From Ruditapes philippinarum (taxonomy: Eukaryota), in contig NW_026852821.1 of the NCBI RefSeq assembly GCF_026571515.1, positions 186,001 through 250,000 of the forward strand: 64,000 nt of DNA. Reading direction: 5' to 3'. The translations under genes and the position numbers were made by a program. Positions within the stretch are counted from its first letter, which is position 1. Every line of letters starts with the position of its first letter. The notes below the pieces were generated by a model. The model did not search any database. It worked only from the letters and a program-made list of their open reading frames with translations, and had not been told where the DNA came from. Positions 10,598 through 22,445 of this stretch are shown piece after piece.

Positions 10598-13429
10598 TGA
10601 CTAATACGAGTATAGGATTTTAAAACCAAGAGTTTGAAAGTTGTTTTTTTTTTCAAAAGAATTCTCATTTTGAATTATTAAACTTACTACGACAAAGTTC
10701 TAGAAATATGCCGAATTTCATTCGGTATAGAAATATTGTCATGAAAAAAATAATCAAACGATACACACTTCACAGATGCACCAGTGATTATTACGTATTA
10801 CAAACATAAGCCATTGTCTAAGTGCAAACATGATGACGAACATAACTTTACAGATCCAATTTATGTATTGCTATATTTATAACACATGTGTATGCTAATA
10901 ACGCTTAGATTCTAAATATTTTTGTTTAATTATCAAAAAGCTAATATTTATAGGAATATTAGTATAATTTCAATCAATGTATCATTTAGCTCTATAAATA
11001 AAATTCTGTCGGTTCATTTCATTACTTAACATGTATTTACAGGAATTATCACAGTCGTTTCAAAGAAAATCAGATAAAAGGTAGGCTGTCAATGCTCCAT
11101 CCAAGTATGTACTAAAGATTATTATCAGGGACTTCAGAAACTGCAGGTTTTTAAGTACTTACTTCGATTCAGAAACTGCAGGTTTTTAAGTACTTTCCAG
11201 CACGAGATAGTTTCGCATTTTTTATCAAATCAATAAAATTGTACTTAAAATCATTTCTGTCTAGGAATAAACGGTATTCTGTACTTGATCTTTGTCAATG
11301 TGAACTGCATTTGTATTGGCAATGACTTTTTGACTAACCAACTAGTTTCAATAAAATAAAATTGTTAAGTTTTTTAGAATGTCATTATATCATTATTCAA
11401 CATATTTTGAACAAATGGACAAAATTAATATATTATCTTCATTGAACTTCATAGCTCTTCTATTTATATTTAAAATTTGTTACGTGTCGCAATTTTTTAT
11501 TATGAAAACTACGCGTTACACATGCTATTTTGTAAAGACATTATATACTGCATTTGCGCAGACCAAAATGTGTATTGCAATTGAGATTTTGCATAAATTT
11601 GACAGTTATATAAACTATTGTGAAGATCTGACAATATTTCGAATTTTAAGCGGAAAATCCACTTCCTTTAGAAACAGCAGGTTCCAGTTAGTCTATTGTT
11701 TCCTATATATGATTTGTGGAAAATAATACAAGTCAAAATATATAGTTTCATAAGACCAAAGTCATCAATACTCGTCCGATTTTAAAATACTTTTAATAAA
11801 TTTTAAGGAAACCGACAATGTGGTTGGCTACTGAGAAAATTCCAGTCTAAGTCGCTTTCGATTATAACAAAAGGAATCCAGCTCTTGTCAGTCAGTCTGA
11901 ATAAAAAGAAATATATTCACTTTCTCCAAAACAAAACAAGTTGAAAAGCGAGGGATAATTGGATAGTTAAATCCACAATCATACGACTCCGTGTTGTATA
12001 GAAACATTCATTTGATGCTAGCGCCTATCAACAGTTAATATGTATTTGAAATACCATCAAGAGTTTTACAGAAATGTAAAGACATTCCCACTGAAAGAGA
12101 AATAAATAAATCGGAAGATAACCTTTACAACCAAGTGTCGTTTTATATCGCATAACGAAGGTAAGTAACATCGGTAAAATATTTTACTCCCGGCATTCCA
12201 GAAGACGGCTTTTTATCAACAAAAAAGCTGCTAAAAAGTTATTACATTGAGCGATGGTTTACAACAAGCTACAAGTGAAGCAATGCTGCCGTTATTGACA
12301 GATTAATTGCATCAAAAACTGCAATCATATGTCGCTGATAAGTTAAACACAAAATGAATACTAGTTTTTGCAATACCGGCTTTATTGATAAAGCGTTGAT
12401 ATGTAATAATTTGAAAAATGTTCATGCGATAGATTATATCAGTTGCTGATTTAAACAATGGTTGTTAAAAGGAATCTTAAAGTATGTGTTCCGACAAGTA
12501 TCAATATACTTCGGTTAACTGTTTCTTCAAAAGCGGATCCATAGCCAATTTACGCAATGCTTATTCTAAGAAAACTGAATATGCATAGGTCAAAGATTGA
12601 GTGCGTGTAACCGATTAATTTTATTTTTTGAATAGCTACGCTCATATTATATTTTTGGACATATGTTATATAATGTACAATCACATTAGAAGTCGATGTG
12701 TTAATTCATGCATAAAAAATCAACGATGTCCTTGGAGCAGAACTATAAAATACGCATGAAATGCACAAATTCACAGAAATTTTAATTAAATGTTAGTTTA
12801 TTGCCCCGGGAAGAGGTAACGTAATTGGAATTTCCTCATTTGCCATTCATGAGGAAAATTAAACTGTTAACAAATCGCGACTTCTATTAGATATTCACAT
12901 GCAGCATTTGGGCTATTGATGATCTTTACATGTTGTAGAAAGCAGTTGTTAATGTTTTCAAATATTTCACCGTATTTCATATATTAAGATATCTTATTTT
13001 GTTGGTCGTCCATATGAAAAAAAAGAAATTTAAAGAAAAATTACATTGTCACCGAACTGTGAACTGCGAAACAACATAAAGTGTTATATATTCCTGACAC
13101 TTATGCCATAATTATGACGATCAATGTGATATCATTTTATTATTTATTTATTTTTGAGAATTTAATAAAAACTATAATCTTAATCTTTTTGACAATGAGA
13201 AAAAGTATTATAAAAAACAATGATTTTTTTCTCTATTATATGGCGAATATCCTTTAGAAATATAGAAATAGGAGGAATTCAATGTAATCACTACGAGAGG
13301 GATTATGAAAATCTGAACAATTAAAATGTTATAATAATATATCAATTAAACATTTACTTTGATTTTGCAAATGCTCTATATTTGCTATAATTGTTTTTTT
13401 TTTTTTCGTTTTTATTTATTTATTGTTCG

Positions 13430-13640
13430 TTGGCTTCTAACCGGTTGCCCCACCCAGATTACCCTACCAATATTATTGGATTATTTCACGTGAGAAAGCT
13501 ATCCAGCCTGATTACGGAACATCGGTTGTTCTACTCAGGTGTTCGTTTGTGATAAAATAAAACACACATGGGGGTCCTGGTGTCTTCCTCTTCAAAGCAA
13601 AGCTGGAAACACGGCGCCATACCACATTACTGCTTTGTTG
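13430..13640 (+). mobile_element. Degenerate tRNA-derived SINE (paralogue of ~20105-20380)
   Basis: GCTATCCAGCCTGATTACGGAACATCGGTTGTTCTACTCAGGTG...TCTTCCTC..AAAGCTGGAA matches the 14837-15115 family. Confidence 0.8.
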
Positions 13641-14836
13641 CGATTTTTTTATCCTATGCATCAATCAATGACTCCTGCTTTAAGCTTTTCATTGGCCTAT
13701 TATGCCTCAGAAATGCTATCATTTTTATTTATCAAAACTTTGAATGTTTGGTATCTTGTTACAGTTTATAAAAATATACTCATTTGCCATATAGACAAAC
13801 TATCTTTGATATTTTTCTTTGTTGGACATTGGTACAAAATGTATAATTACAGTGAATGCGTATTATGTATCGAAGTCAAAATACTTCTTTGTTTTCATTT
13901 TGCTATCTTTACGACACATTACTGCATGTTCACTACTACTTTCTTCAACTGCTAAACATATTACATACTGTAAAAGCATTATTAAATTATCATTTAACAC
14001 ATGTTTGACATTTCTAAGATATTAAATGAATATGAATTTCTGAGATAAAATGTACCTTTAAACCACATATTTATAAAAATTGATAAAAATTACAGTAGTT
14101 AAGACTCAATTGTTCCGTCGAGTATTCTTTATTTCAGATGTCGTTCTTTCAAATATGTGTTACAATTTCAATTTTGCATATGTTTGACAGTTTTATAAAT
14201 TATTATACCTGACAATACTTCAAATTTTAAGTTAAAAGTCCACTTTCTTGAGAAACATTGTAAGTCTAGTGTTCCCTATAAATAATTTCAAAACGAATTT
14301 TATTACATAAAATATCTTGTTTTAAATGAATAAATTCAATACTCAAGTGATTTGCTGGATGCTTTATTCATTTGAAAAAATATTCTGAAATTGACTATTC
14401 TTATATTAAAAGAAATGCGCTAGAAAAGACAGACTTTAAATGCTATTTAAAAGATTCCAATTCGTTTTCATTGATACGCTTAAAAATTTACACGGATGTT
14501 TTGGTTTTCCTGTATTCCTATTTGTATTATTTGTAGTAAAAAATTATAGTGTGTGACTTAAATACAAAATGAAAACACATTTTGGACACTTTTGAGCAAC
14601 AAACAATCTCCGTTTCTTGCAATATTTTATCACTTTTAAAGGTTAATGCTATCTGCGTAAGGCCTTCGCACTACAATGTGATCAGGTAAGTATGTCGTGA
14701 CAGAAAATGATTGCGATAAAAGATTAACTATCTAGTCAACGAATATATAAATAGACTTCTATATAATTATATCGTTATAAAGAGTAAATTAATACGTGAT
14801 TGTAACTAATTTGTTTATTTTGATATCTTTGCCGAT

Positions 14837-15115
14837 TTGTTTGTTTGTTTGTTTTGGGGTTTACGTCACATCGACACAGTATAGGTCATATCGCGACGTT
14901 CCAGCTTTACTGGTGGAGGAAGACCTCAGGTGCCCTTCCGTGCATTATTTCAGGCACGAACGGGCACCTGAGTAGAACCACCGACGTTCCGTAAGCTAGC
15001 TGGATAGCTTCCTCACATGTAAGAATCCAAAGTCCCAGTCGGGATTCGAACCCACAGCGGTGAGGGGCAAGTGGTTTGAAGTCAACGACCTTAACCACTC
15101 GGCCACGGACGCCCC
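14837..15115 (-). mobile_element. Young full-length tRNA-derived SINE (possibly V-domain/RUDI-like) with 12-bp TSD
   Basis: Minus strand has A-box TGGCCGAGTGG, B-box GGTTCGAATCC and an (AAAC)n tail. TSD ATCTTTGCCGAT at 14825-14836 and 15116-15127. Empty paralogous site near 21385. Confidence 0.93.
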
Positions 15116-16374
15116 ATCTTTGCCGATAATCATTCATTAGTGCTGTAAGTTGCAAATATTCAACAATTACCCAGAATAGGCATTTGTGCTGTAAGATACG
15201 AAAACAATGTTTATTTACGCTAAGAATTACGCAACTTATTTAATAAAAACAGATGGTTATGTTACATAGATTTGCTTTCCGCATTACATGCACTGATGAT
15301 GAAAGTATTATACTAACTAAAAGGCAATTTTATTTCCATTTCTGAATAACGATGAAATTTAATTAGTTTTTCTTCATTTGCATTTGGAATTAAAGCTGAT
15401 ATGGTCAGCTGAATCCGAGATTTATTAGGTCTTAACACAATATTCAGTATTTGATATAAGATTAACTAAACTTGGTTATGCACGGGCTTACCGGAAATAG
15501 AAAATGCCCAGTAAACTCGTTTTCATTGTTATCATCAAGTCTGATAATCATTGCGAATAAATTGTGTATCAATTTTTGGTAAAACAAAAGGAAATCCTAC
15601 TATGAGATTCACTGATGCGAATCTGTTGCTTTAGAAAATTTAAAAGTTTTGGAAATAATTCAATTTTCATTTGGCAACAATTTAGCTGATCGAACTTAAC
15701 GTTAAACATAAATGAACCATAGGTTTTGAATTTTATTTAAAAAGAACCCGGGGGCTTTTATTATTACCTACATCTTGGTTGCAGACTGGTTGACTTTTTT
15801 AAGAGTTTCAGAGAAATCAAAGAAAAAAGGGGGTATCAGAGAAATCAAATAAAAAGAAAAAATAGTATCACAGAAATCAAATAACAAAAGAAATAAAGAA
15901 ATTTAAAATAGAAATATGCAGAGATGCAAATTACGTACGTAACACTATAAAACATTTTATTCCTGGCTTTCCGGTGGACAACGGTTAATCAAACTGACGA
16001 TAAAAATATCAAGGAATTCATTGACTTGAGCGATAATCTAGTTTTCAGTATGTACAACAAGTTACAGTACAATATTTGACAGTTTTATTGCATCGATAAC
16101 AGAAATCATATGGGGTTGGTATTGCAAATCAAAACAACCGAGGAATATTAATGTTCTGCAATTCCTGTTTAATGTTAGAACTGCATAAGTATTGTTACAC
16201 CCATTTTTTTGTAAACAGTCGATCCAGAGAAAATAAGATACCGTTTTCAGTCATACAATTATATTGTAAAAGTGTTTTTCTTTTTGTTTCTTGTAATTAT
16301 CAACGGAGGAATGGACATGTACACAAATTGATTGCACTGACCTTGGGAATATGTGCTTTTCTGTAAATAGTAAT

Positions 16375-16600
16375 ATCCGAGTGGCCGAGTGGGTAAGGTT
16401 ACCGACTTGAAATCGCTTGCTCACATCACTAAGTGCGAGTTGAGTCTTGTCGACGACCTTGGATATTTTCACGTAATTGAAGCTATCAGCTCGTCTCTGC
16501 AATAAAGCTCAAAGGGAAACTTTAGGTCTTCCTCCACTTTTTAAGTTAAGTAAGAAAGTCGCCTTATTTGCGGGACTTCAAATCCGACAAAACATATAAA
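16375..16600 (+). mobile_element. Degenerate tRNA-derived SINE
   Basis: GTGGCCGAGTGGGTAAGGTTACCGACTTGAAATCGCTTGC...GGTCTTCCTCCAC...AAAGTCGCC. Confidence 0.8.
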
Positions 16601-18299
16601 CAAACTCTAGAAGCTTATTAGAATAATCACGGATTATAGATTATTATAAATGTTTCATTGGATACCTTAAGTCTTTCTGAAACACATATTTACAAAAAAA
16701 ATAATTTACAAATGCTTTGTTTTAAGCTTAGTTCAGGATAATGTATTTCAACAAAGACATACATTTATATATTATCAATTTTATCAGAAAATTTGCTATT
16801 TTTGCAGTCGTTAGGATTGTTTTGTTAGAATTTCGCTTCTCTGAGTGTTGGTAATATGCTCATTCTGTGACATAAATTTGTTTTATAGATAAAATTAAAT
16901 AACTTTAATTGGATTTTAAAATCTTTAGTCTTACACTTTATACATTTTCCAAGCAAATTCTTACCCTTTTTTACTTATTAAACTTTACTACGGCAACAAT
17001 TTAGAACAATTCCGAATTTCATTCAACATAAAAGTAATTGCATTACAAGGGACCTTTATCAGCGTTTCAAAAGAAGGCAATAGACACAATTTTAGCAGAT
17101 GCATAAATGTTAGTCAAGTATTAAAAACATAAGCCATTGTCTTTAAGTTAGTGAAATCATGTTGACGAACATAGCTTTAGAGATTCAATTTATTCATTGC
17201 GATACATATAACGAATTTGTATGCCAATAACGCACGCTTAGTTTCTTTATATTTTTGTATAGTTATAATTATCAAACAACTAAGTATTATAGGGATATTA
17301 AAGCTTTTTCAACTTCTGTACCATTCAGCACTATAAATTATATTTTGTCAGTTCATTTCATTACTTACAAGGCTTTATAGGAATGCGTCAGAGATGCTAT
17401 CGCAGTCGTTTCAAAGGAAATCAGATAAAAGATAGGCTGTCAAAGCTCCATCGAAGTATGTACTTAAGATTACTATCAGATACTTCAGAAACTGCAGGTT
17501 TTGAAGTACATTCGATCACGAGTAAATTAAGCAATTTTCACTCGATCATTAGAATTGTACTTTAATTTATTGCTGACTAGAAATACAATGTATCCCATGC
17601 ATGATCTTTGTCACTGTAAACTGTAATTGTATTGGTCATGACTTTGTGACGTACCAAACATCCTCAATAAAATGAAGATGTTATGAATTTCGTTATTCAA
17701 CATATTTTGAATAAATGTTAAAACAATACATAATATTATCTACACTGAACTTTATAACTCTACTGTTAGAATTTTTGAGTTGCAATTTTGTGTTATGAAA
17801 ACTACGCATTTCACATGCTATTTTGTAAAGACCTTATTTAGTGCGTTTGCGAAGACCAAAATGTTTATTGCAATCGAGATTTTGCATAAATTTGACAGTT
17901 ATATGAATAATTGTTCAGATCTGACAATATTTCAAATTTTTAGCATAAAACCCGCTTCCTTTAAAAACAGCAGGTTCCAATTAAACTATTGTTTTCTATA
18001 TATAACGAAGGCAAAATATATAGTTACGCATAACCGAAGTCATCAATACTCGAGTGACTGTGGAATTGCTTTTAATAACTTTGAAGGAGATTCTGACAAT
18101 TGTTATGTGCACGATGTGGTGGGCTACCGATAAAACGCACAGAGTCAGTCGATATCAATTTTAACCAAAGGAGACTAGCTCTTTACAATTAAGTTGCTAA
18201 AATCAGAACTAACAGCTATGATTTCTGCATTTAATTCATTTCTAAATAACAATACAATTAAAATTTGATAGTAAGATTTTCTTCATTTAAACTGTGGAA

Positions 18300-18522
18300 A
18301 AAGGATAATCCATCGGAATCAGTAATCACAACACAATTACATGAAAATTGCATACTCGGTTTGATTCGATCTGTATATGAAAAAGGGCAACATCATTCAC
18401 GCCTCAAACACCGGTTTGAGTGGTACACAGATTTCAGCACTAGAAAGTGCTGCTATTAATGATCCTGAAATACCAGGAACTATTAAAATACTTTAGTACG
18501 GGACAATTTTTTTTACAGCTAC
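18300..18522 (-). mobile_element. Degenerate short-form structured element
   Basis: TGCATACTCGGTTTGATT...CACGCC..ACACCGGTTTGAG...AATGATCCTGAA...AGTACGGGAC..TTTTTACAGCT is collinear with 8060-8297. Confidence 0.8.
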
Positions 18523-20104
18523 ATTAATTGATGCACTCGGAATTTCACTTGTTCTTGACATATAATCTGAATAAAAAGTAACATGTGCAACTTTTCTAAA
18601 AACAATTTTTATTGTGAGAAATATTGATGTTAGCTCCTTTCAACAGCTAAGTTACATATGAAATATCAAAATGTAACTAAATTCAAAACGTAAATAAAAT
18701 CTGATCTTAAACTTTATACTACAATTCAAGAAATAACCATGCAGCTTTTTATATAACATATTTACATAAATAGATACAATATTTTACACCTGCATTCCAG
18801 AAGACGGCTTTTTATCAAAGATAAAAACGGCATTGCATTGGACATTTTCAGGTGAAGGAATGCTCCCGTTTATTAATTGACAGATTAATTGCATTGAAAA
18901 CTTCAATCATATTTCATGGTTAAAAAAATAAACTGTATTAGTGTTTTTGCAATACCGGCGTAATTGATAAAACGTTATATAATAATTTGATTTTTTATCA
19001 TAATTGATGGTTACGCGATATGTTATATCAGTTACTGCTTGAAACAACGCATGGTATAAGGAATCTTTACGTATGTTCTCCGCCAAGTATCAATATGCTT
19101 TGGTCAACTGTTTCATCAAAGACGAATATATATAGCGCATTTACACAATGCATACTCTGAAGAGATAATTAAAATAATTGAGTGCCTATGATCGACTTGT
19201 TTCATATATAATAGTAACAGTCAAACATAATAATTATATTTTTGAACAGATGTTGTATAAGTGTAAAAAATGAACAATACATGTATTTACAATTGCAGTT
19301 GATGTCTTAATACGTAAAAAAAATACAACGATGTCCTTGGAGCAGAACTATAAAACACGCATGAAATGCACACATTCACAGAAATTATAATTAAATGTCA
19401 GTTTATTGCCCCAGGAAGAGGTAACGTGATTGCATTTTCCTCATTTTCCATTGATGAGGGAAATTAAACTGTTAACAAATAGCGACTTCTATTAGATATT
19501 CACATGCAACATTGGGACTATTGCTGATCTTTACATGCTGTGGAAAAAAGTAAATGCCTTCAAATATTGCTACCGTTTTTCATATGAGATTGATTTCTTT
19601 GTCATCCATGTATCGATTGACAAAAGAACATTGTCATCGCAACTGAACCGCGAAACAACAAGTGTTATATTTTCCAGACATACTTGTACACAACGATTGT
19701 GATATAAATGATTCAGGGTTATGAGTATTTTCGTTTTTAATTGAACGCTTATCTGATTTTCTAACAGAAAACATATTTAAATGATACACATGATTCTCTA
19801 GATTTATGTTCCCTCAATCACTGTTAATATCATATCGCGATCAATGTGATTTGACTTTTTTGAGAAATTGGGTAACAATATTAAATATGTTATATAAATT
19901 ATACCTTAATCTTTTTAATAAATGAGTTAATTGTGATAAAAATCAAATATTTTTCTCTTTTTTTATGAAGAATATCCTTTTGAAATGAGAGGAATTCAAT
20001 GTAATCACTATCATGATAAGAAAGAAAGGTAAGAGGCTATCGAATCTACCCACGAACAACTTAATTTGATCATTGCAAATAGCTATATATTTTCTATTTT
20101 GGCG

Positions 20105-20380
20105 TCTTTGTGGGACTAATGTAGTCTAGTGATTAAAGTCGTTAATTTCAAACCACTTGCACCTCGTCTCTATTGGTCCGGATCCTGCAAGGGTCTTTGA
20201 CTCTTTCATGTGATGAAGTTATCCAGTCGGCTTAAGGAACATCGGTTGTTCTGCTAAGGTACTCGTTCTGCTCAGGTGCTCGGTCATGCACGGAGGGTTC
20301 CCGAGGTCTTTCTCCACTAATAAAGCAGGAAAGTCACCATATCACCTTTATTGTGTTGTTGCAACATAAACAACAAACAA
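20105..20380 (+). mobile_element. Degenerate tRNA-derived SINE
   Basis: TTCAAACCACTTGC...TATCCAG...GGAACATCGGTTGTTCT...GAGGTCTTTCTCCAC with an AAAC-rich tail. Confidence 0.8.
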
Positions 20381-22204
20381 AATGACGTATTTGAACAAAA
20401 CTTAAACTTATTATCAACACCGTACTTCATACCTCATTTTGTCTTGTGTGTTTAATGTTGTTGTTATTGTTGTTTTGTGTGTGGGGTTTCTTTTGGTAAG
20501 TCTCGCAAGTTCATCTTATACAAAAAAATAAGACCAGATATACTAATATTCGCATTGACTCTATGCAACGATCAATATGAATACTTTTTACTCTTGTTTT
20601 AAGCATTTTCAACACACTTATTTATTAAGTCAGAACTTTCGTCGGGTATTCTTTATCGATATCAGAGGTCGTACTTTCAAATATGTATTGCAATTTCAAT
20701 GTTGCATAAATTTGACAGTTTTATGAATTATTGATAGCATAAGTTCAAAATTCACTTTCTTAAGAAACAGCATTAGTCTGGTTTGCCCTATAAATAACCG
20801 AAAAACGAATTGTATTTAAGAAAATATCTTGTTTTCAATAAACGACTTCAATACTCAAGTGATTCGTAATATTTTATAAATTCAATTGAAAAAAATTCTG
20901 AAATTGGATTTTCATATATAAAGTAAAAAGGAAATGCGCTAAAAGATTAAGAAAAAGACAGGACTAACTATCCTTCAATTCTATCTGAAGGAATCCAATT
21001 CGTAAGCTTTAATTAAAAAACCTTAAAAATCATTATACGAAATTTTTGGTTTCCTTTTTCCTCCTTGTAATTAATTTTTCAGAGTTAAATATTTTACTTG
21101 GAAATTTAAGTACTACATGACAACACAGTTTGTCATGTCAGTCTATTTGAGCAAACTCCGTCATAGTTTTCTTGCAATATATTATCACATTTAAAGGTAA
21201 ATGTTATCGACGTAAGGCCTTCGCACTACAATTTGATCGGGTGTGTATGTCGTGACAGAAAATGATTGCGACAAAAGATTAACTCAACAACGTATATCTA
21301 AAAAGGTTTATGTGTCTATATATATCGCTATAAACGGCTAACGAGGGCACCGACACGTGTTTGTTACTAATTTGTTACTATTGATGTCTTTACCAATAAG
21401 CGTTAATTGGCAATGAAAATAAAGTAAGTTAAATTTGATAGCAGATATGATACAAATTGCGCATGTCATGATAAATGTACTTTATAACCAATACTAAATA
21501 TTGTATAAAAAAAAGAAGAATCGAGAGACTGTTGTACATTTGTTGAAATGTATGTATAAATCATTTCTGTCGAAGTGGTATAAATGGAATATGTATGTTT
21601 GAATAAAGAAACGAGCCTTTATCACTGTAAGAGCTCTATCAACGGCATCTGATGGTAAGTGTATAGTAGCGACAGAATACATGAGTGTTTATTATATTTT
21701 GCAAGTTTTCTTTATTCGGAATTGATAAACATGTATCAGCATTACGTTCCTGAAATTTAAAGATATTTTAAAGTGGTTAGTAAGTTGTGATGCAAACTGA
21801 CAAAACTGGAAAAGTTTTCAATAATTATTTTATTAACTTCTTAAAATGTTCTTAAACCAGCATTTTAACGATAGACTTATCCTAAACGGTTAATTTACTT
21901 TAAAAGAAAATTCAACAAAATATGAAATTTGCTTTGACATGAAAAGGATTACGTAAGTAACGAAATTGTAAGTCATTTCTTAAGTTCAATTCAGTTTAAA
22001 TCGATTTCATTTATATAGCATATAAAAGAGTTGAAAAATTCAGAAGAATGCCATTATTATTAGTTCCTATCACGAAAAGTAATCGTAAGCATTCTTTGTT
22101 AGTAATAAGAATTTAACTATAATTTTGTCTTGTTCACTCATGTACAACCTCATGTTCTCTTATATTTTCTTTTAATGGAATCTTGCAAGTCTTTACAGTC
22201 TGAT

Positions 22205-22445
22205 GGAAAATGCCATTTGTGGCTAAGGGGTTGCCTTTATGGTTTGAGGCGTCAGAATTGCAGCCACCGTTTATACCTGTGTGATCGTAAGAGATGCCTT
22301 AATGTGTTCTAGGCATCACTTAGCTCAAACAGTTCAGGTGGTTTTGAACTCTTTTGTTGCTTTATTTTAAATTTGTAACAGCGAGGTTACCAAAATAATC
22401 CTTTCTGTTTCGGCGCCATATGACCTAAACTGTGTTGATGCGCCG
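22205..22445 (+). mobile_element. SINE-like fragments
   Basis: CCTGTGTGATCGTAAGAG motif, and CGCCATATGACCTAAACTGTGTTGATG resembling the 3' tail of the 14837 family. Confidence 0.4.

Larger units (their letters stand above)
5415..15170 (+). repeat. Unit 1 of a diverged tandem segmental duplication (unit 2 at ~15175-21400)
   Basis: Collinear blocks: 5415-6350 vs 15175-16165; 7915-8050 vs 16265-16395; 9345-9715 vs 16610-16900; 10615-13400 vs 16910-20100; 14090-14835 vs 20625-21400. Confidence 0.85.
15175..21400 (+). repeat. Unit 2 of the tandem segmental duplication
   Basis: Collinear with 5415-15170 (see unit 1). Confidence 0.85.

Noticed and set aside
11379-11726. ORF paralogous to 17780-18133 (MKTT..CYFVKTL..IEILHKFDSY)
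   Set aside because: A hand count over ~70 codons gives about 6 synonymous vs about 20 non-synonymous differences, close to neutral expectation. Other module-E copies have indels.
15030-15115. tRNA-Sec or opal suppressor tRNA gene
   Set aside because: Imperfect stems, and it is continuous with the SINE body, tail and TSD.
14907-15155. 82-aa ORF
   Set aside because: It is a translation of the SINE body.
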